Sequence record: NC_074653.1
DNA: 18,212 bases
Strand: one strand, 5' to 3'
Shown: positions 14,139 through 18,212 of the stretch, in pieces
Layout of the letters: each line of letters begins with the position of its first letter
Numbering within the stretch: position 1 is the stretch's first letter
Translations under genes and position numbers: made by a program
Notes under the pieces: model-generated
Database searches by the model: none
What the model saw: only the letters and a program-made list of their open reading frames with translations
Told to the model about the DNA's origin: nothing

Positions 14139-14740
14139 AGGAGTTAATTCCCATATTCCAGGACGTTATAGACCAAGTAACAAGCGTCTTACCTTGTGAA
14201 GTGGCTAGGGTATACCCAGCTGAAGTGGCTGGGGTTCCCAGCCTTGTTGTCTATCTTGAGTGCTTATGGGCGGGCGGGGTGTATTTTCTAAAGGTATATA
14301 GGAAATTTGATAAACAAGGGCGCTTAATGCACCCTCTCCCAGTGATAGGGATATCCCACTACACGCTAAGAGAGTCTGAAGAAGTGTTCTATCCAGCGCT
14401 TGACATTGACGGTAAACACATGCCAGCTTGTCGTGACGTGTTATTACAATTCCGCTATTATAGCGCGAGGCATAAGAGGTGGACCTATCACGTGGTCCTT
14501 AAGGGTTCAACTCACCCCTTAGAGGCTGTTAGAAAGATGTCCCTATGTGGAGATGATAAGAGGCATTTAGAATACGCTATACGTAGGTCTCTTCACCACT
14601 TCTTTCCCTATGATTTCGCGATTTTGCGAATAACCCCATTGCCAGGTGAGAAGTGGGTGCTTGAGTACGCTAATGAAAGCGATGATTTAGTGGCCCTTCA
14701 CCTATACCTAAGAAAGGCCCTATGTTATGCCTATGAGTGA
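14135..14740 (+). CDS. Hypothetical protein (~201 aa)
   Basis: ATG 14135 forms an ATGA overlap with the upstream stop. The track start at 14123 is the alternative. Confidence 0.8.
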   Translation: MKELIPIFQDVIDQVTSVLPCEVARVYPAEVAGVPSLVVYLECLWAGGVYFLKVYRKFDKQGRLMHPLPVIGISHYTLRESEEVFYPALDIDGKHMPACRDVLLQFRYYSARHKRWTYHVVLKGSTHPLEAVRKMSLCGDDKRHLEYAIRRSLHHFFPYDFAILRITPLPGEKWVLEYANESDDLVALHLYLRKALCYAYE

Positions 14741-15446
14741 GAGGGAAATCGCTGAAACAACAACAGAAATTCCTGAGTTAGAGGCCGATATCAAATTGGA
14801 CGTAGAGCCAGAAATTTATGAGGCTGAAGAGGCTGAAGAGGCCTCACCTCCAGAAAAGGTATACGGTGAGGCATGGGAAAAGGGCTTTAGGAGAAGTGAC
14901 GTGACCCTCACTAAAGACTGGCTTAGAGGCTGGCTAAGGGGGGCCTCAGTCTTAAAGGCTATCGCTCTTGAGGCGTGGTTAACTGGGTACTTTAGGGCTA
15001 AAGGTATAGATAATGCAGAGGAGATGGCTAAGGCAATAACAGCGGCCACGTTTTCCGAAATTCCTAACGTTCAGGCGCAATACATTGAGTCACGAAATGT
15101 CAGCATCTCAAGAGAGGCGATAACCGCGCTATATCAAGAGGCTAACAGACGGCAATTAGTCCCCTATCTCTCGCTTATTTGGGACGCTGTTAGGAGGGAC
15201 AGTAAGTGGTACATTAGCCTAACCCCGGGAGAGCTGTCTAGAATGCTTGACATTATTACGGAGGTAAAGGAGAGAAATCAGCCGCCCTCTCAGGCCGCAC
15301 AATGGATTATAAAGGAGTTCTCATATAGGAGTCCGCGTTCACTATATTTCAATGCTTATTATGTGGGCCGCGTCACGGGTGACCCTTATGTGCAAGAAGT
15401 AGCGCGTGAACTATCTCGCGTTGGGCGCCGCGCTAGGGCTTCATAA
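14727..15446 (+). CDS. Helical hypothetical protein with acidic N-terminus and basic C-terminus (239 aa)
   Basis: Overlaps the upstream stop (start 14727 or 14733). E-rich first 45 aa and an RVGRRARAS tail. Confidence 0.85.
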   Translation: MPMSEREIAETTTEIPELEADIKLDVEPEIYEAEEAEEASPPEKVYGEAWEKGFRRSDVTLTKDWLRGWLRGASVLKAIALEAWLTGYFRAKGIDNAEEMAKAITAATFSEIPNVQAQYIESRNVSISREAITALYQEANRRQLVPYLSLIWDAVRRDSKWYISLTPGELSRMLDIITEVKERNQPPSQAAQWIIKEFSYRSPRSLYFNAYYVGRVTGDPYVQEVARELSRVGRRARAS

Positions 15447-15478
15447 TTAAATTTTTATTAACGTCACATTTTTATACA

Positions 15479-16249
15479 ATGAGGCGTATTCCAATTCCAC
15501 TAATATTGGCGGCGGTAATTGCTGTGGGCGTGACAGTCACTATTATATTCCAGATAACAGTACTGACTCCTCCCAGCGCGGTGGTAGTGCTAGTACCACA
15601 AGGCTCTTCAACTGTCACTTATCAATTTGTGGCCATAGACGTGAAACACGCGGCATTTCCAATAGGAATGGGCTTAATGCAAATTACTTACAATACCACC
15701 AATTTCTACTACTACAATGTTACTGAGTTGTGGTCCCTAGCGGTTCCCGCCTCTAGATACATTAATATGACTGGTACCTATTCGGTAAATACTGGGACTA
15801 GAACTTACTCTTTTAACGTATTTGACTGTGGTAATGTCGTGGTTGTGGGCTATTTAACCACAGTTTACATAGGACAATGGGTAGATTTCGGAGGCTTTAA
15901 AGTGGCGGTACCTGTCAACTTCACAGCCTCTCAAGACCAGTTGACGTGTGCTAGGAAATACATGGGTTATTACAATTTAGCTGGCGTTAATATCTTTAGC
16001 CCCAGAATTGACTACTATGCTTTCGACGGTACCTACATCTACGTCTATTATGACCGTGTGGATACCTCTACCTATTACTTCAGATATGACAGACTTTCAT
16101 ATAAGCCTACCACGCTAAGCAATAATGCGGTGATAGGATACAAAGTCACGGACCCCGGAACTGGGGTAGTCTACTTAGGAGGATTTTACGTGGGCGCATT
16201 TAGCGCCACCTCAAGCGGAACCTACGTGGTAGGCGTCAAGGGACAGTAA
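15479..16249 (+). CDS. MRxIPIPL-family anchored surface protein, paralog 3 (256 aa)
   Basis: MRRIPIPLIL plus a hydrophobic helix, Y/T/V-rich ectodomain, sequons NTT, NVT, NMT and NFT. Confidence 0.85.
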   Translation: MRRIPIPLILAAVIAVGVTVTIIFQITVLTPPSAVVVLVPQGSSTVTYQFVAIDVKHAAFPIGMGLMQITYNTTNFYYYNVTELWSLAVPASRYINMTGTYSVNTGTRTYSFNVFDCGNVVVVGYLTTVYIGQWVDFGGFKVAVPVNFTASQDQLTCARKYMGYYNLAGVNIFSPRIDYYAFDGTYIYVYYDRVDTSTYYFRYDRLSYKPTTLSNNAVIGYKVTDPGTGVVYLGGFYVGAFSATSSGTYVVGVKGQ

Positions 16250-16250
16250 G

Positions 16251-16258
16251 TTTATATA
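16251..16258 (+). promoter_or_regulatory. TATA box
   Basis: TTTATATA starts 28 nt before ATG 16279. Confidence 0.6.
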
Positions 16259-16278
16259 ATACTCTAAACATTTTTTCC

Positions 16279-16446
16279 ATGCCGAAAACAAATTCCAATG
16301 GGCCGAATAAACTAATCGAAATACTAAAAGCGCTAAGAATTGAGGCCGACTACGGGTTTATGCCTGGGTACACTATCTACAAAATGATACGCGGAGATTA
16401 TGAGGAATTAGACAAGGCAATTAGGAGGTTTAGGAAACATGATTAA
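16279..16446 (+). CDS. Small helical protein (55 aa), not in the ORF track
   Basis: MPKTNSNGPNKLIEILKALRIEADYGFMPGYTIYKMIRGDYEELDKAIRRFRKHD. It has its own TATA box and an 8-nt overlap (ATGATTAA) with the next gene. Confidence 0.75.
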   Translation: MPKTNSNGPNKLIEILKALRIEADYGFMPGYTIYKMIRGDYEELDKAIRRFRKHD

Positions 16447-16990
16447 CAACACCAATTACGTGGTGGTAGGCGGCGTCAAAATATGGAGAATAGGCGATAA
16501 ATACCTCATTGAGAAAAAGCGTTCATATTTCGCGCGCTTATATAAGAGCGTTTTAGATATAGTTTCAGAAAAGCCAGTCACTAGCAATTACATTGTAAAA
16601 ACAGCTAACGTACATAAACATGTTTTGTACACTCTCGAGGGCTTAATCCACAAATTTGACATGGGCGCTTTCTTTGTATGGTATAAGGACCCCATAGCTA
16701 GCATCTCTCAACTCCTAAAATTAGGATACTATCCTAAGGACTACACGCTTAAGCTAGTCCACACGATAGCTAAGCATATATGCAATTGTGACGCGAAATC
16801 CCACACTTTCTCTGTCAGCGTGAAGACCCTCAGGAATATCTACAACCTCAATGCGCACCACAGGATAATCGGACATATTCTCTTAAAACTAACGGAGGAA
16901 ATTGGCGGACAGCCTATACCTAGGCGTAATGGTTATGTCTATGTATTTGATAAGTATAAGGTTTCGGCGTGGTGTGCGAAAACATGGTGA
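16439..16990 (+). CDS. Basic hypothetical protein, possible wHTH domains (183 aa)
   Basis: Coupled to the upstream ORF. VLDIVSEKPVTSNYIVKTANV and VSVKTLRNIYNL...RRNGYVYVF are wHTH-like. Confidence 0.75.
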   Translation: MINNTNYVVVGGVKIWRIGDKYLIEKKRSYFARLYKSVLDIVSEKPVTSNYIVKTANVHKHVLYTLEGLIHKFDMGAFFVWYKDPIASISQLLKLGYYPKDYTLKLVHTIAKHICNCDAKSHTFSVSVKTLRNIYNLNAHHRIIGHILLKLTEEIGGQPIPRRNGYVYVFDKYKVSAWCAKTW

Positions 16991-17052
16991 CCGAGGTACG
17001 GCGTTACAATAAAGTATAAAAGTATTTAAACCCCCGATTTTTATTTTAACTT

Positions 17053-17562
17053 ATGAACCCAAAAACACCAGACCCAAAAATAATAGACCCCCAAACCAGT
17101 TCCTGTAAAAGGCTACTAAAGTACACGGATGCGCTCTTGAGAGAGGAGATTGACTACCTCGCGTGGTTTGATGCGGTGTCTGAGGACCTCCATCTGCTCA
17201 GAATTGTTGCCAAGGCCTACGCAATTAGCGTGGATTTAGATGAGGAATACAGATTTCCAGCGGTGATAATGTACCTATTCTCTGAGTGTTCGATTCCCGA
17301 GATGGGTATTCGTGCAGTTAAACACCTTGACCCAGGAGTAATGGTATTATTTGACGCAGAAATTGCCAGCAAGCGTAGAGAGTTATGTCCAAAAATCGAG
17401 GTATACACTGTGCTGACTCACGACGGTACTCTTATCACAAGAACTAAGGACGGAGATGAAGTTGTGGATCTAGACCCTATATGTATCCACGCTTCAGCTG
17501 TTACACCGGAGGATGCTAGATGTAAGCCCACATATGTTCCCAACAAATTGGGATATGCCTAA
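17053..17562 (+). CDS. Hypothetical protein (169 aa)
   Basis: TTTAAA at 17025-17030 with an A-rich upstream element. Pro-rich N-terminus. Confidence 0.8.
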   Translation: MNPKTPDPKIIDPQTSSCKRLLKYTDALLREEIDYLAWFDAVSEDLHLLRIVAKAYAISVDLDEEYRFPAVIMYLFSECSIPEMGIRAVKHLDPGVMVLFDAEIASKRRELCPKIEVYTVLTHDGTLITRTKDGDEVVDLDPICIHASAVTPEDARCKPTYVPNKLGYA

Positions 17563-18034
17563 AAACCTCACGAATCGGGTTAAGCAATGGATTATTGTGT
17601 TAGCGCGCCTTGACAGACTTATCACGCTTACGGGCGTGGCGAGGCAACACAATATACCGCATAGCACAGCACACCATCTTGTGCGCTTGCTCAAGGGTAT
17701 TATTGAGGCGCGGAAAATTGGCGGCGTTATCTACATTGCGCCTTACGGAAAATTTGACGAATACGCGGCCCAATGGGGTAAGTGGTTTTATGAAATGGCT
17801 GTGCGATTGCTTAACGGTTGCCGCTCTCAATGCTGTCGTGTACCCATCTCAACGGTATATAAATACTATCGCACTAAAATCATAGCGCGTGCACGTGAAG
17901 AGCTCGGACTATTGCGCCCCATAGGCATTACAGCGTTCATATACTACTCCGTCAAGGCGTATAAAGAAGACGCGGCGGAAATCATCTCTGAAAAACCCTT
18001 CATAAAGGTCTGTAGGGGCAAGGCGCATAATTAA
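17555..18034 (+). CDS. Winged-helix transcription regulator (159 aa)
   Basis: ITLTGVARQHNIPHSTAHHLVRLL (HTH) followed by IIEARKIGGVIYI (wing). ATG 17555 gives an 8-nt overlap with the upstream stop. Confidence 0.75.
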   Translation: MPKNLTNRVKQWIIVLARLDRLITLTGVARQHNIPHSTAHHLVRLLKGIIEARKIGGVIYIAPYGKFDEYAAQWGKWFYEMAVRLLNGCRSQCCRVPISTVYKYYRTKIIARAREELGLLRPIGITAFIYYSVKAYKEDAAEIISEKPFIKVCRGKAHN

Positions 18035-18039
18035 ACACG

Positions 18040-18062
18040 GCGTTCTAAATAACGCTTTTTTT
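18040..18062 (+). terminator. Hairpin plus T7 terminator after the last gene
   Basis: GCGTT-CTAAAT-AACGC followed by TTTTTTT. Confidence 0.6.
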
Positions 18063-18089
18063 CTTCTCTCGGCGTTTATTGTAGCTGTC

Positions 18090-18137
18090 GTGGGGGAAAG
18101 GCGGATATTTGTAAAACACATTTTGCTAAACTTAAAG
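18090..18137 (-). repeat. Degenerate inner inverted repeat, right copy
   Basis: Reverse complement is 39/48 identical to 329-376 and ends in one iteron-like unit. Confidence 0.9.
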
Positions 18138-18157
18138 CGCGGTGTTTATTATATCAC

Positions 18158-18212
18158 GGGCCCCGCCGTGTTTGAGAGGCCGGCGTGGGGGCTTTGTGTG
18201 CGCGCGAGGGGG
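18158..18212 (-). repeat. Right inverted terminal repeat (55 bp)
   Basis: Exact reverse complement of 1-55. Confidence 0.99.

Larger units (their letters stand above)
1..18212. other. Complete linear dsDNA archaeal virus genome, globulovirus-like (probably Pyrobaculum spherical virus 2)
   Basis: Perfect TIRs at both window ends, all credible genes on one strand, archaeal TATA-like boxes, many membrane proteins. The PSV2 identity is recalled from length and TIR size and is not verified. Confidence 0.85.

Noticed and set aside
7133-16249. Diversity-generating retroelement or invertase shuffling of the paralogs
   Set aside because: No reverse transcriptase, recombinase or near-identical template/variable repeat pair is visible.
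44-18042. ACGGCG hexamer recurring in non-coding DNA (44, 197, 225, 7881, 16998, 18037)
   Set aside because: It is also frequent inside genes as N/Y/D-Gly codons, so enrichment cannot be claimed without counting.
481-18121. All minus-strand ORFs in the track (for example 757-1026, 1798-2130, 2535-2846, 3083-3388, 10700-10963)
   Set aside because: They lie antisense to better-supported + strand genes, show no recognisable motifs, and would break the one-strand organisation.
1-18212. tRNA, rRNA, integrase or transposase genes
   Set aside because: No cloverleaf, rRNA-like segment or recombinase motif was seen.

Overview
This window looks like a complete 18,212-bp linear archaeal virus genome. 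It has perfect 55-bp inverted terminal repeats (1-55 and 18158-18212) and about 32 densely packed genes, all on the + strand. Most genes have TATA-like boxes about 25-30 nt upstream of the start codon, suggesting leaderless transcripts, and intergenic gaps carry T-tract terminators. The length, TIR size and one-strand layout match my recollection of Pyrobaculum spherical virus 2 (Globuloviridae); this comes from memory, not a search. Motifs I can read directly: a D5/P4-like superfamily-3 AAA+ helicase, a CaCA (Na+/Ca2+ exchanger-like) transporter, a thioredoxin-fold CPIC protein, a YdjM-like membrane hydrolase, a CPBP/Rce1-type intramembrane protease, a Zn-ribbon protein, a probable tandem Sm-like protein, HTH/wHTH proteins and three paralogous MRxIPIPL-anchored surface proteins. 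About 14 genes encode membrane proteins, and no DNA polymerase is visible. The most striking non-coding structure is a hidden, offset 48-bp inner inverted repeat (329-376 vs 18090-18137, all 9 mismatches transitions). It leads into four 21-bp iteron-like repeats upstream of the helicase, and its 15-bp core recurs exactly at 12356-12370. Three small ORFs absent from the supplied track were also found.
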